The notes beneath the pieces are model-generated. The model was not told the DNA's origin. It saw only the letters and a list, made by a program, of their open reading frames with translations, and ran no database searches. Below are positions 32,432 through 41,268 of a stretch of DNA of 64,000 bases, one piece after another. Within the stretch, counting starts at the first letter, position 1, and every line of letters starts with the position of its first letter. The translations under genes and the position numbers were made by a program. This stretch comes from Gammaproteobacteria bacterium (GTDB taxonomy: Bacteria > Pseudomonadota > Gammaproteobacteria > JAJPIJ01), in the NCBI GenBank assembly GCA_022071965.1, contig JAJVIQ010000006.1, positions 2,351 through 66,350 of the forward strand, read 5' to 3'.

Positions 32432-32507
32432 GGGCCTGTAGCACAACGGTTAGTGCAGGGGACTCATAATCCCTTGGTTGCAGGTTCGAATCCTGCCGGG
32501 CCCACCA
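32432..32507 (+). tRNA. ileX: tRNA with anticodon CAU; most likely tRNA-Ile2 (lysidine, ileX-like), otherwise elongator tRNA-Met
   Basis: GGGCCTGTAGCACAACGGTTAGTGCAGGGGACTCATAATCCCTTGGTTGCAGGTTCGAATCCTGCCGGGCCCACCA is a 76-nt cloverleaf. It has a 7-bp acceptor stem with G1:C72, so it is not an initiator. The anticodon loop is CUCAUAA, the T-loop GGTTCGAATCC, and CCA is encoded. It lies directly after rpoD, as ileX does in E. coli, and is near-identical to E. coli tRNA-Ile2 in the anticodon and T arms. Confidence 0.85.
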
Positions 32508-33694
32508 TCCCCATCAAGGGGTTGCGTTTCCACCAGCCGCTTAGGCATCGCCTCTGCTACCGATTTGCTACCGAACGGTACTGCCGGGGTTGCTCCGATG
32601 AGCTGATCGAGGCGCGCGGCGATGCCGTCGTTAACCTGCGGCAGCAGGTGGCCATAGATATCGAAAGTGATCTGAATCGACGAGTGACCGAGCAGCGCCT
32701 GGATGCGCTTAGGCTGCTCGTTATTGACGATCAGCAGGCTCGCGTAGGTGTGCCGCAGGTCATGGAATCGAATCCGCCGCAGGCCCGCGCGCCGCAACGC
32801 AGGATAAAACCCGTACTTGAGCAGGTTGCTAGGGCTCTCAGGCTTGCCATGGCTGTTCGGGAACACCAAGTCGCGCTCGCCGGTCGGGCAGGCAAGTTTC
32901 CACCGCCGAAGCTCGTTTACGAGGCTTGGAGGCAGGTCCACCTGTCGGCGGGAGTTACGGCTTTTCGGCTCGGTAAACCGCCCGTCGCTGTAACTCCGGC
33001 GTACGTGGACCTTGCCGGAATTCCAGTCAAAGTCACCCCATTGAAGCCCCAGCAGCTCCCCTTGGCGGAGGCCAGTGTAAACCGCGGTCATGACGATCGG
33101 GCGCCAGCGTGGATCGCAGCTATCCAGCAGCCTTCGGATCTCGTCAGGGGCCAGAATGTTCGAATCAATCAAGTCCGCCTGCGGATGTGATTCCTTCACC
33201 TTCGTCACCAAGAGCGCAGGGTTGGAGGCTATCCAGCGATGCTTGAGGGCGTAGTTCAGCATCATCGATAAGACAGTTAGGGCCTTATTGACCGTCCGAG
33301 GGCCGACAGGCTTCTCGGTAACCGTTCGAAATGTTCTCGTTTTCGCCGATATGTAGGCTCGCAGTTTTTCTACGTCGGCAACCGTGATGCCTCGGACCGG
33401 CCGGTCTTTGAAGTAGGGAGAAAGGTGAAGCCGGATTAGCCCCTCGTAGCTTTTCCGCGTCGATGCGCGCACGGCGACCTTCACATGCCCGGCCAGATAG
33501 GCCGACACGAGAGCGTCGAAGGTTATTTGTTCTCGCTTTGCCTGAAACTCTTCATGCCCGATTTCGCGAAGGCGCTGGGCGAGCAGCTGTTCGGCATCGT
33601 GTTTGTTGCCCTTGATCGTCTCCCAACGCCGCACGCCGTGCTGATCGCGGTAATCAAGGACCCACCGGCTCCGGCGCTTCCGTATGCAAGCCAT
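32450..33694 (-). CDS. int: Tyrosine-type site-specific recombinase (phage/island integrase); its 3' end reads into the tRNA gene
   Basis: N-terminal SAM-like domain, catalytic domain with R...(HDLRHTYAS)...Y (ITFDIYGHLLP). The last 17 codons (GPGRIRTCNQGIMSPLH) are antisense to the tRNA 3' half, typical of an attL/integrase junction. Confidence 0.9.
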   Translation of the reverse strand: MACIRKRRSRWVLDYRDQHGVRRWETIKGNKHDAEQLLAQRLREIGHEEFQAKREQITFDALVSAYLAGHVKVAVRASTRKSYEGLIRLHLSPYFKDRPVRGITVADVEKLRAYISAKTRTFRTVTEKPVGPRTVNKALTVLSMMLNYALKHRWIASNPALLVTKVKESHPQADLIDSNILAPDEIRRLLDSCDPRWRPIVMTAVYTGLRQGELLGLQWGDFDWNSGKVHVRRSYSDGRFTEPKSRNSRRQVDLPPSLVNELRRWKLACPTGERDLVFPNSHGKPESPSNLLKYGFYPALRRAGLRRIRFHDLRHTYASLLIVNNEQPKRIQALLGHSSIQITFDIYGHLLPQVNDGIAARLDQLIGATPAVPFGSKSVAEAMPKRLVETQPLDGDGGPGRIRTCNQGIMSPLH

Positions 33695-33699
33695 GCTGC

Positions 33700-33888
33700 C
33701 TATGCCTTCTTCCTGACCTGCCGCGAGTACTTCTTCAGCACCATCTCAACCCCTTCACGCACGTACTCCGACCACGGCACTCCGGTTGCGCTCGAGAGCT
33801 CAATCAGCCGCTCCCGCTGTACACGCCCCAGGAAGACGTTGGTACGAACGCGATCCCGATATGGCCTTGGTGACATAGTACGAAACAT
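33700..33888 (-). CDS. Ribbon-helix-helix (CopG/Arc-like) small DNA-binding protein
   Basis: ...RVRTNVFLGRVQRERLIELSSATGVPWSEYVREGVEMVLKKY is a beta-strand plus two helices. The start is set at the internal ATG 33888 to avoid overlap with the upstream gene, and this is uncertain. Confidence 0.5.
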   Translation of the reverse strand: MFRTMSPRPYRDRVRTNVFLGRVQRERLIELSSATGVPWSEYVREGVEMVLKKYSRQVRKKA

Positions 33889-33904
33889 ACACACATTTCG
33901 ACCG

Positions 33905-34216
33905 TCATTCCAGGTCCACGTTCCCCGAGGGGCGGCGCTCAACAGCAGCGACCAGCTCCGCTAGCCGAAATCTTACGTACTTGCCGAACCGCAAGTGAGG
34001 GATGGCGCCGCGACGCGCCTGCTCGAGGAACCAGGACACCGGCACACCCGTGGCGGCAGCGGCTCCCTCGGCGTCTACAATTGTGTCCGTGCCTTCCGTG
34101 GGCGGGGGCGGCGGAAAAGCCAAGCGTGCGAGCCGCAGCGCCTCCTCGCGCATTTCGGGCGTCAGGGCGAGCCGCTCGCCGGCGACATCGATTACAAGAA
34201 GTGGGGGGCTAGCCAT
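33905..34216 (-). CDS. Helix-turn-helix excisionase/AlpA-MerR-like DNA-binding protein
   Basis: MASPPLLVIDVAGERLALTPE...IVDAEGAAAATGVPVSWFLEQARRGAIPHLRFGKYVRFRLAELVAAV has an HTH_17-like C-terminus. Start at ATG 34216. The N-terminal 48 aa of the ORF-track ORF are an Arg/Pro-rich artefact. Confidence 0.65.
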   Translation of the reverse strand: MASPPLLVIDVAGERLALTPEMREEALRLARLAFPPPPPTEGTDTIVDAEGAAAATGVPVSWFLEQARRGAIPHLRFGKYVRFRLAELVAAVERRPSGNVDLE

Positions 34217-34473
34217 GGCGCCCGGCGTCGAATTTCTCCGACGCCCCGGCGTGGTCGACCGAACATGGGGACCGCTGACGCCCAGTCCCTGACCGCGCCG
34301 GGGAGCCGGTGAGTAGCGGCGGGGTCTGGTGCCAACGCTCCGGGCACCCCGCCGCTGCAACTACTCCGCCGCGTATAGGAAGAGGGGAGGCGGCGAAGTA
34401 GACGCCGCCCCCCTCTCTGACCCCGCCAGCGCGTGCCGGCGAGGTTCGGCGAGGTTGGCGATGTTGTCGCCGT

Positions 34474-36573
34474 TTACCGGCCATGCTCTTCAACCATTAG
34501 TGGGACAAAGTGCGGGTGCAGATAGGTCTTACGCCCCCCCTGCTTGCACTGCTGTGGGAAGTCGGCAGGGAACACTCGGCCAGATGCTTCGAGTTCGGCC
34601 AAGGCGGCCCGTAGCTGTTCCCGCGGCATGATTTTTCGGGTCTCCAGGGAGCTTTTGGTGTGCCGATACCCTTGCTGAAGCTCCTCCACCAGGAATGCCA
34701 GAACCCTGTCAGCGCAGCGTTGCCTGACCATGGACGGCGGCTCCTTGAACTCGATGGCATACGTATAGGTGTACCCGCTGCGCCGCAGCCAAATGATCGG
34801 CTGGTTGGGACTCGTGTAACTCGAGGTACGTGCGAGTACCAAGATCTGGTCTCCACTCTTATACTCTAGCCCCGGCGGAGGCTGTCGGTTGGCCTTATCA
34901 TCGTGCGATTGGACCACTGCCACCATGCGCGCTCCATCCGGCAGCGCACTGCCGCCACGTGAGGTATAAATATCCATCGTTCTCTCGCGGGCATTGCTCT
35001 TGCCGGTATGTTGCACGACCCGCACGCAACAGCCGAGGGCCGAAACAATGCGGCGCGCGGCAAGGACAAGTGCCTGCTCGTTATCGTTTATGAAACGCTC
35101 CCCCGCACCAAAGCTGATCGCCGGGTCGAAGATCACCAGCATGGGGGGCTCCTTCTTGCACCGCTCTATAATCATGTCGGCAAGGCCAGTGAGCACGATG
35201 TTGTTTCCCTCGTCGAGTTCGGCGAGCCGGCACACCGTCCCCGATACGTCCCATATTAAGCTGCGGGCACGCACGGTCGCCTGCTGCTCTTCATCGAGTT
35301 CCAAGCCGGTCATAATCGCTCTTAACCGAGCGATCAATCGCTCGCGGGCATCTTCGGCGGTAACGATAAGCACTGCGCCGGGATTCATGACCTGCAGCCC
35401 GTAAAGCGGCCGACCGAGCGTGATATGTACGGCCTCATATAGGTACAGCGTGGTCTTTCCTGTCTTACCTGGTGCGACGAACAGCGATACATCGGCATGT
35501 AGGTACTCCTCCACGATGCAGGTTGGTGCGAGGGCTGCCGCTTGCGCCTCCTCCGCTGTCACACGGAGCTCCGTCAACTCCGGCATATCCGGGTAGGCTG
35601 GGGCTAAGCTCTTCGGGATGTAGCCAGATCGCTTGTCCCCACCGTTCGGTTTTGTCCAGCCGCGGCGTGTAGCTTCCGCGAATACAAAGCGCTGATCGAT
35701 GCTGTTCGACTGGAGACTGTCCCACACCCGCGCTGCATCTGCCGGGTCGAACTTCGTCGATGTCGCCGACCATTCCAACCACAGCCCACGCCCAACCTCG
35801 CCAATGGTCTTCAGCGCCATGCCTACCTTCACCCAAAGGTCGCGGTCATCGGCAGGTATGAAGTACAGGGCTGACCTGAGATCTCCAACGGCTGAAGGCG
35901 CAATGGGTTGGCCTTGACCAGTGTTGTTGCGTGCCCGCTCGGTTACCGTGACCGGCGGCAGTGCGCGCAAGATTTCGCCGAGCGAGTACGGCTGAGCGCC
36001 ACTTGTCGAGGCTATGCGGACCATCCACGGGTGCTCGCGATCCTTCATGTGGAAGAACCCTGGCAGGCGTAGGACCCGCGCCGGGTCCTTGGCGTTAGGA
36101 TCGCTGCCGTAATCGCTTACCAGCCTCGCCTGTACAGGCCGGTACTCCTCGACGGACATCCCCTCGACAAACAGGTATCGGTGAAATTTGCCTGCCGATG
36201 ATTCGACAACAACATGCGGCTCTAAAGGCAGCGGCTTTCCGTACCCATCATCCTCCTGAAATAAGCAACGAATCCGCGTCACGTTCTCATTGGAGCGGCC
36301 CGCGCCGTCCCCCTGCTGCACCATTACGTACACGCCTGCGCCCTGGCGATTCAGTTCGGCAAGAGTGCTTGCATGTTGTTCCAACGTGCCTTGAAGCACT
36401 CGTGCAAGACTGCGGTCTTTTCGGTTCTTGTCATCATCGAAGGTCTGAAAGGTGAAGGACTCCGTTGCCTCGTCGAGTAGTGTCAAGAATCGCGATGCCT
36501 GGACAGTGTCAGGGGCCAACGAGCTAGCCGTTGACGAGGATTGACCGGACGGTCCGTCTGGTACCGTGTTCAT
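34474..36573 (-). CDS. Island replication protein: bifunctional primase-polymerase (prim-pol/PriCT-like) N-domain fused to an AAA_25/RepA-like helicase domain
   Basis: N-terminal ...FQTFDDDKNRK...GAGVYVMVQQGDG...FQEDDGYGKPLPLEPHVVVESSAGKFHRYLFVEG...LPGFFHMKD is a prim-pol fold. C-terminal ...VAPGKTGKTTLYLYEAVHITLG...LIVTAEDARE...VVQHTGKS has RecA-like Walker A and B motifs. The start ATG 36573 overlaps the AlpA stop (ATGA). Confidence 0.75.
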   Translation of the reverse strand: MNTVPDGPSGQSSSTASSLAPDTVQASRFLTLLDEATESFTFQTFDDDKNRKDRSLARVLQGTLEQHASTLAELNRQGAGVYVMVQQGDGAGRSNENVTRIRCLFQEDDGYGKPLPLEPHVVVESSAGKFHRYLFVEGMSVEEYRPVQARLVSDYGSDPNAKDPARVLRLPGFFHMKDREHPWMVRIASTSGAQPYSLGEILRALPPVTVTERARNNTGQGQPIAPSAVGDLRSALYFIPADDRDLWVKVGMALKTIGEVGRGLWLEWSATSTKFDPADAARVWDSLQSNSIDQRFVFAEATRRGWTKPNGGDKRSGYIPKSLAPAYPDMPELTELRVTAEEAQAAALAPTCIVEEYLHADVSLFVAPGKTGKTTLYLYEAVHITLGRPLYGLQVMNPGAVLIVTAEDARERLIARLRAIMTGLELDEEQQATVRARSLIWDVSGTVCRLAELDEGNNIVLTGLADMIIERCKKEPPMLVIFDPAISFGAGERFINDNEQALVLAARRIVSALGCCVRVVQHTGKSNARERTMDIYTSRGGSALPDGARMVAVVQSHDDKANRQPPPGLEYKSGDQILVLARTSSYTSPNQPIIWLRRSGYTYTYAIEFKEPPSMVRQRCADRVLAFLVEELQQGYRHTKSSLETRKIMPREQLRAALAELEASGRVFPADFPQQCKQGGRKTYLHPHFVPLMVEEHGR

Positions 36574-36800
36574 TCTTGCCCGGTACACTCGGGGGTGACG
36601 CGGTATTGCTCCATCCATTCGATTAGATCGCGTCGTATGTACCGGATGGTATGGTTTGAAAGGCGCAAGAACGGCGGCCCGCAGCGGCGGCTGCGCCATC
36701 CCTGTAAAGCGCGAACTGATAAGCCTAGGAGCCGTGCCGCTTGTTCTTCATTGAGCAGCTTATCGACCGATAAACCAGAGGAGGGGGTTACAACTGTCAT
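36570..36800 (-). CDS. alpA: AlpA-family phage/island transcriptional regulator (HTH)
   Basis: LLNEEQAARLLGLSVRALQGWRSRRCGPPFLRLSNHTIRYIRRDLIEWM is the canonical AlpA/Prophage CP4-57 regulator motif. Confidence 0.8.
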   Translation of the reverse strand: MTVVTPSSGLSVDKLLNEEQAARLLGLSVRALQGWRSRRCGPPFLRLSNHTIRYIRRDLIEWMEQYRVTPECTGQE

Positions 36801-36900
36801 GGACCACTCTACGTTGAACGATGTCAGCGTAGAGTCTGGCGGACAAATGCTGGTAAATGGCGGGGCTGACCAGAAAAACTGGGAGGGCGATGCCCAGCTA

Positions 36901-37383
36901 CTACGTCTCGGGTTTCAATATAGCCTTACGGACGCTTTGTGCACTACGGGCGGACAGTCCCAGGGCCACGCACACATGAAGGGCGGCCGCGACTTTGCTG
37001 GCACGAGGGTATTTCAGCCAGTACTCCTCTGCAAGCGACTGCCATCGGTCACGTGTAGGGTGGCAGCGTCCTTCTCCGCCTTTCTGTGCAGCATCCTTGA
37101 CTGTTCGGCCGCGTTCAGCGTCGGGACGATGTGTCTTGATCGTAGCCACGATTCGCTGAAGCTCCGGGCGCAAACTCTCCACTACAGCCGCCTTGATTCG
37201 AGACACCAATCTCTCAAGCTCGACGTTGATCAGCTCATCCGCTGCAGCGGTTGGATCACTCAGGAACTCCCGCAGGGTCGGTTCGCGTATTGGATCTGGT
37301 TCCTCAGACATTTGAACTTCCAGTTGAGTCAGGTTGGTCTTGAACTGGCTGGGAGAACCCTGAAAGGATGCATCCCGCTTCAT
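36901..37383 (-). CDS. Hypothetical protein (island)
   Basis: 160-aa ORF, acidic N-terminus, no recognisable domain. Position and codon usage are consistent with the island. Confidence 0.4.
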   Translation of the reverse strand: MKRDASFQGSPSQFKTNLTQLEVQMSEEPDPIREPTLREFLSDPTAAADELINVELERLVSRIKAAVVESLRPELQRIVATIKTHRPDAERGRTVKDAAQKGGEGRCHPTRDRWQSLAEEYWLKYPRASKVAAALHVCVALGLSARSAQSVRKAILKPET

Positions 37384-37487
37384 GGCAACGGATTATTTTA
37401 CCGCAGTTCGGCCTGCATGACGTGTGAAACCATTGCGGCATTGCGTTGAACAAAAGACTCGGCACAGCTGCCCCCAAGGCGGCTTTC

Positions 37488-37573
37488 CGTCGGTTTTGGC
37501 GGTAGCGGACAACGACCATGTCTTATCCGGACTTGGCAGATAGGTGACCGACGAAACCGCCAAAACCGACTGG
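37488..37573. repeat. Perfect 15-16-bp inverted repeat pair separated by about 52 bp, in a 365-bp intergenic region
   Basis: ccgtcggttttggcgg (37488-37503) and ccgccaaaaccgac (37556-37569) are exact reverse complements. They lie between the sbcC-like 3' end and the start of 36901..37383. Confidence 0.6.
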
Positions 37574-37749
37574 TGATGCGGTTATGCCTCAGCCGTACGC
37601 CATTTCTAAACACTCTTAGGCGGGGCGCGCTACGGTGGCCATAGGACGTTGCGGCAAACACATCTAATCACGGCAACCGGTGGTCCTACCCCAGTCGTGC
37701 TCCGCTCAATGGGCCCCCGCCGTAAGAGAGCACCTCGACGCCAATCAGA

Positions 37750-40700
37750 TCAGAGGCTCTGAACAGAAAGTGCAGTCGCGAGTCTCAACGTCTGCGCAAG
37801 CTCGACCAGATGCTTGTGGTGCGTGAAGAACAACACCTGCGTCTTGGCGCTTAATTCGCTCAGCACTTCAAGGGTCGCCACGGCCCGTTCATCATCGAAT
37901 TGAACGAGAAGGTCGTCGACAATGACAGGGAACGGACCACGCCCCTGAATGTGCTGCTCGATGGCCGCGAGCCTCAGCGCGAGAAACAGTTGATCGCGCG
38001 TTCCCTGGCTCATCCCGGCGACAGGTACGCGTGCTGCGTTCGGACGTACACCTAGCAGTACCTGGCGATCGTCTTCGTAATCCACCGTCAGGCCGGAAAA
38101 ACTACCCAGGGTTATGCGCGCAAATACCTCGGCTGCACGATTCAAGAGCGGCCCTTGGTGCTGTTCCCGGTAGAGTTGTACCACCCGGTTGAGAAGCGAA
38201 ATTGCCAGCCGTGCCCGGGCATAGGTGCAGGCCTCCTTGGCGATGCGTGCTGCAATTGACCGTACAGCCTGCTGCGCTTCCGCGGCGGTTGTTCCTCCAT
38301 CGATTGCATCAAGGCGTTGTTTCGTGTTGAACACAACACCTTGCGCGGCTTCGACCTGGCGCTCCAGATCTTCGATCCCAGTTTCCGCATCCGCAATCTG
38401 GCGGGCAATGTCCTCAAGCGTCAAGCCGTCGGCTTCCTGTCGCACGCCTTCGACTGGCTGGGCGTTCTGCTGCACTAGTTGCTCGTCAATCTCGTGCAGG
38501 CGTTGTTGCAGACTCCGTTGCCGGATCGCCTGCGCTTCGATCTCGGGCAGTTGTTCCGCTGATTGGCACCCGGCTTGGCGAACCAGCTCGTTCAGCGCAT
38601 CCCGCGCCTGCGCAGCATCGACGCCCGCCTCGTTGATTGTCCGGGTCTCGTGTTCAATGTCGTTGGCAACTTGCTGGCGCATCGTGTCGGCACCGCGCGC
38701 CTCGGCCAGCGCAGCGTACAGTCGCTCGGCGACAGTATCCGGACTCCGCCCATCCGCGACTTCGGCAACGGCCCGGGCAACGTCGAAAAGCTTCGCCTCA
38801 AAGCCCGTTACGACAGACTCATGCTCCTTGGACTCCGAATCGCAACTGCTCAATTTCCCTAACGCGGCGGACAGCCGGGAAAACTGGTCCAGCCTCGTCC
38901 TAACTTCAGCGGGAAGCGCTTTCGCCGGCAGATGAAGGCCTTCGGTGACCTCGACCCACTTGACCTTCCACTCGGCAAGTTTCGCGGCTGTCTGACCTCG
39001 TTGCTTCTGCAGATCGCGCAGCTCGGCCATGCCCGCTTGAATCTGCTCGGAAACCGAATCGCGGTCGGCCCTTGCCTGTCGGGCGGCATTGATAGCCTTT
39101 TGCGCTCGCGTAACCGCACCTGCGGCAGATTCGTCGGTGGTCGAGGCAGCCAGTCCGCATGCCTTTAGCGCCGTATCGAGCAAGTTGCGGGCTCGGGCGA
39201 TATCGCCGACGACCAAGGTCCGCTCTGTTCGCAGGCGCTCCACCTCCCCGTATCTCTCGACCAGTCGCTGGTGTCGGGCTAGCCATTCCCTCAAGGCGGC
39301 TGGTGAAATATCGGAGCGACGAAGCGGCGCGACGAGAACCTCCCACCGGTGCTGCAGGCCCTGACGCCTGTCGGCTAGCAGATCCCGTCGTTCCTCGTTG
39401 CGCTGCAGCTCGGCCTGCATGTCGGCAATTCGCTGGCGTGTTCCCTCCAGGTTCGTGGCGCGCTCGGTATCCGCCCGGAGCAGGTCGGCCAGACGGTCGG
39501 CTTCCCGGATCGCCGCTTCGAGCGCGGCTGCAAGTGCATACGGAGGCTGATTTCGCAGTTCCGTCGAGGCCGGCGGGGGAACGCCATCAATATATCTGCG
39601 GCGCAAGTCAGTCCACTTTGTGTCGCGCTCGGTGCGCGCCGTGGCAACTTCCGCTTGCGTGACCACCTCGCCGGTGGCCGCCAGTACATTGAGTTCGCTG
39701 CGGCGTTCCTCTAGATCGTGGGTGAGTGTTGCTTCCCTCTCCGCCACTAGACGCTCCTCTTGCGCGAGCGTGGCGAACTCGTTCTCGAATGTCCCTGCCA
39801 TTTCAGTCAGTGGGACTGTTAGCACCACGAGTTCCGAAAGCGAACCCGACCACAATGCCGCGGCCTCACGTTGCAGCCTCCCGTCCTCGTCGGCGATGTC
39901 GCGTTCAAGCTTTCGCCTGCGATTCTCGAGCTCGGCCACGCTGATAACATCCGCAAGGGAAGTCTCCAACTCTTCGACCTGTGCGGACTCAGGCAGCGTG
40001 GTAAGGCGTTCCTTCAGCCGCTCGATCGCCGCTTCCTTCGTGCGGACCTGTGCGTCAAACTGCTCATCACGATCAGTTAAGCGCCTATGCTCGTCAATGA
40101 GGGACTGCACACGGGCGATCAGCGTTTCCGGCGGCAACAGCTTGGAAGCCTGGGCGACCTCACAAGGCGATCCGATCTCCGCAAGCAGCTTCCGGATAGT
40201 CTCCGACAATTCAGCACGCTCTCGAACCAGTCGCGGCAGGGACTCTCGGGCCGAGCGATAACGGTCTATCGCATGAAACACCCCCTCGATAACGCTCGCC
40301 TGCTCCAGCACGCCCTCACGGACGACCAGAGCCGCGGCGTCGGCTTTGAGCTGTGCCAACCGAGACTCGGCTACGCGCTTCGTTTCCTCGGCCCTGCGCA
40401 TACGCTCTAGGGCAGCCACGCGCAGCTGCGCAACCTCGGCTGGCAAGGGGCGAATGTGCGCAAGACCTTCTGCTTCCTTTTGCTTGGCCGCGCGTTCAGC
40501 GAGCAAGGGCAGGTTGGCGCGGATACGCTGTAAACGCTGCTGCTCGGTTCGCTTGCCCTTGAGCGCCTCACGCAGCTGCGCGTACATCAATTCGGCCTGA
40601 CGGTGTTCGCGCTTCGCCACTTCCCATTCAGAAGTACGAACCGTCGCGTCTCGGAGGACCCGCCTCTGCTCCTCGAACTCCTTCAACGCGTGGTTCAGGC

Positions 40701-41268
40701 GCCCGGTCGAACCCCGTGGCTTGAACGTGGCTGCTGCTTCCTCGTCAAGGTCTGCAATGACGGTACGCAGGCTTGCGAGGCCGGCAGCCGCTTGAAACAA
40801 GCTGCGTCCTACCTCTCCTTCGCCGCGCAGCAATTCCTGGCCTCCAGCGACCAGCCCGGTCAGGTCCAAGCCGAAGAGATTCGTGTAGAGGGCTAAATCG
40901 AGTCCACCAACCAAATTAGCCGCCGTGCTGTCCGACAATGGCCGTTCCGTGATTTCGGCACCGGTGGTCTCATCAATGGCAAACAGGGTCGCCCTGCGAG
41001 CCTTGCGCCGCATTGCCGATAAGCGATTTCCGTCTGCAAGCAGCAGCGTCGCGCCCACGCGCAGCGCGTTGTAGTCGTGCAGAAATGCATCCCCGGTCCG
41101 CTCGGGTATGCCGAACAGAAAGCCGGTGACCGCGCGTAGGGTCGTCGACTTGCCGGCCTCGTTGGGTCCGAAGATCACATGAAAATTTTTGCCAGAGTCC
41201 GTTGGGAGCTCGATAATCCGGTCCCGGAAGGGACCGAACGCCTTCAGGTACAGGCGCACGAACATCAC
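37750..41268 (-). CDS. SbcC/Rad50-like ATPase (AAA_23/YhaN-like), 1172 aa with a very long coiled coil
   Basis: N-terminal Walker A FGPNEAGKSTTL and about 900 aa of heptad-like Glu/Arg/Leu-rich coiled coil. C-terminal ABC signature and Walker B/D-loop ...GMSQGTRDQLFLALRLAAIE...PVIVDDLLVQFDDERAVATLEVL. ATGA-coupled to the upstream nuclease gene. Confidence 0.8.
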   Translation of the reverse strand: MMFVRLYLKAFGPFRDRIIELPTDSGKNFHVIFGPNEAGKSTTLRAVTGFLFGIPERTGDAFLHDYNALRVGATLLLADGNRLSAMRRKARRATLFAIDETTGAEITERPLSDSTAANLVGGLDLALYTNLFGLDLTGLVAGGQELLRGEGEVGRSLFQAAAGLASLRTVIADLDEEAAATFKPRGSTGRLNHALKEFEEQRRVLRDATVRTSEWEVAKREHRQAELMYAQLREALKGKRTEQQRLQRIRANLPLLAERAAKQKEAEGLAHIRPLPAEVAQLRVAALERMRRAEETKRVAESRLAQLKADAAALVVREGVLEQASVIEGVFHAIDRYRSARESLPRLVRERAELSETIRKLLAEIGSPCEVAQASKLLPPETLIARVQSLIDEHRRLTDRDEQFDAQVRTKEAAIERLKERLTTLPESAQVEELETSLADVISVAELENRRRKLERDIADEDGRLQREAAALWSGSLSELVVLTVPLTEMAGTFENEFATLAQEERLVAEREATLTHDLEERRSELNVLAATGEVVTQAEVATARTERDTKWTDLRRRYIDGVPPPASTELRNQPPYALAAALEAAIREADRLADLLRADTERATNLEGTRQRIADMQAELQRNEERRDLLADRRQGLQHRWEVLVAPLRRSDISPAALREWLARHQRLVERYGEVERLRTERTLVVGDIARARNLLDTALKACGLAASTTDESAAGAVTRAQKAINAARQARADRDSVSEQIQAGMAELRDLQKQRGQTAAKLAEWKVKWVEVTEGLHLPAKALPAEVRTRLDQFSRLSAALGKLSSCDSESKEHESVVTGFEAKLFDVARAVAEVADGRSPDTVAERLYAALAEARGADTMRQQVANDIEHETRTINEAGVDAAQARDALNELVRQAGCQSAEQLPEIEAQAIRQRSLQQRLHEIDEQLVQQNAQPVEGVRQEADGLTLEDIARQIADAETGIEDLERQVEAAQGVVFNTKQRLDAIDGGTTAAEAQQAVRSIAARIAKEACTYARARLAISLLNRVVQLYREQHQGPLLNRAAEVFARITLGSFSGLTVDYEDDRQVLLGVRPNAARVPVAGMSQGTRDQLFLALRLAAIEQHIQGRGPFPVIVDDLLVQFDDERAVATLEVLSELSAKTQVLFFTHHKHLVELAQTLRLATALSVQSL

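Noticed and set aside
32432-32507. Calling the CAT-anticodon tRNA an initiator tRNA-fMet
   Set aside because: Position 1:72 is a G:C pair, whereas initiators have a C1xA72 mismatch, and the three consecutive G:C pairs in the anticodon stem are absent. Synteny after rpoD and similarity to ileX favour tRNA-Ile2.
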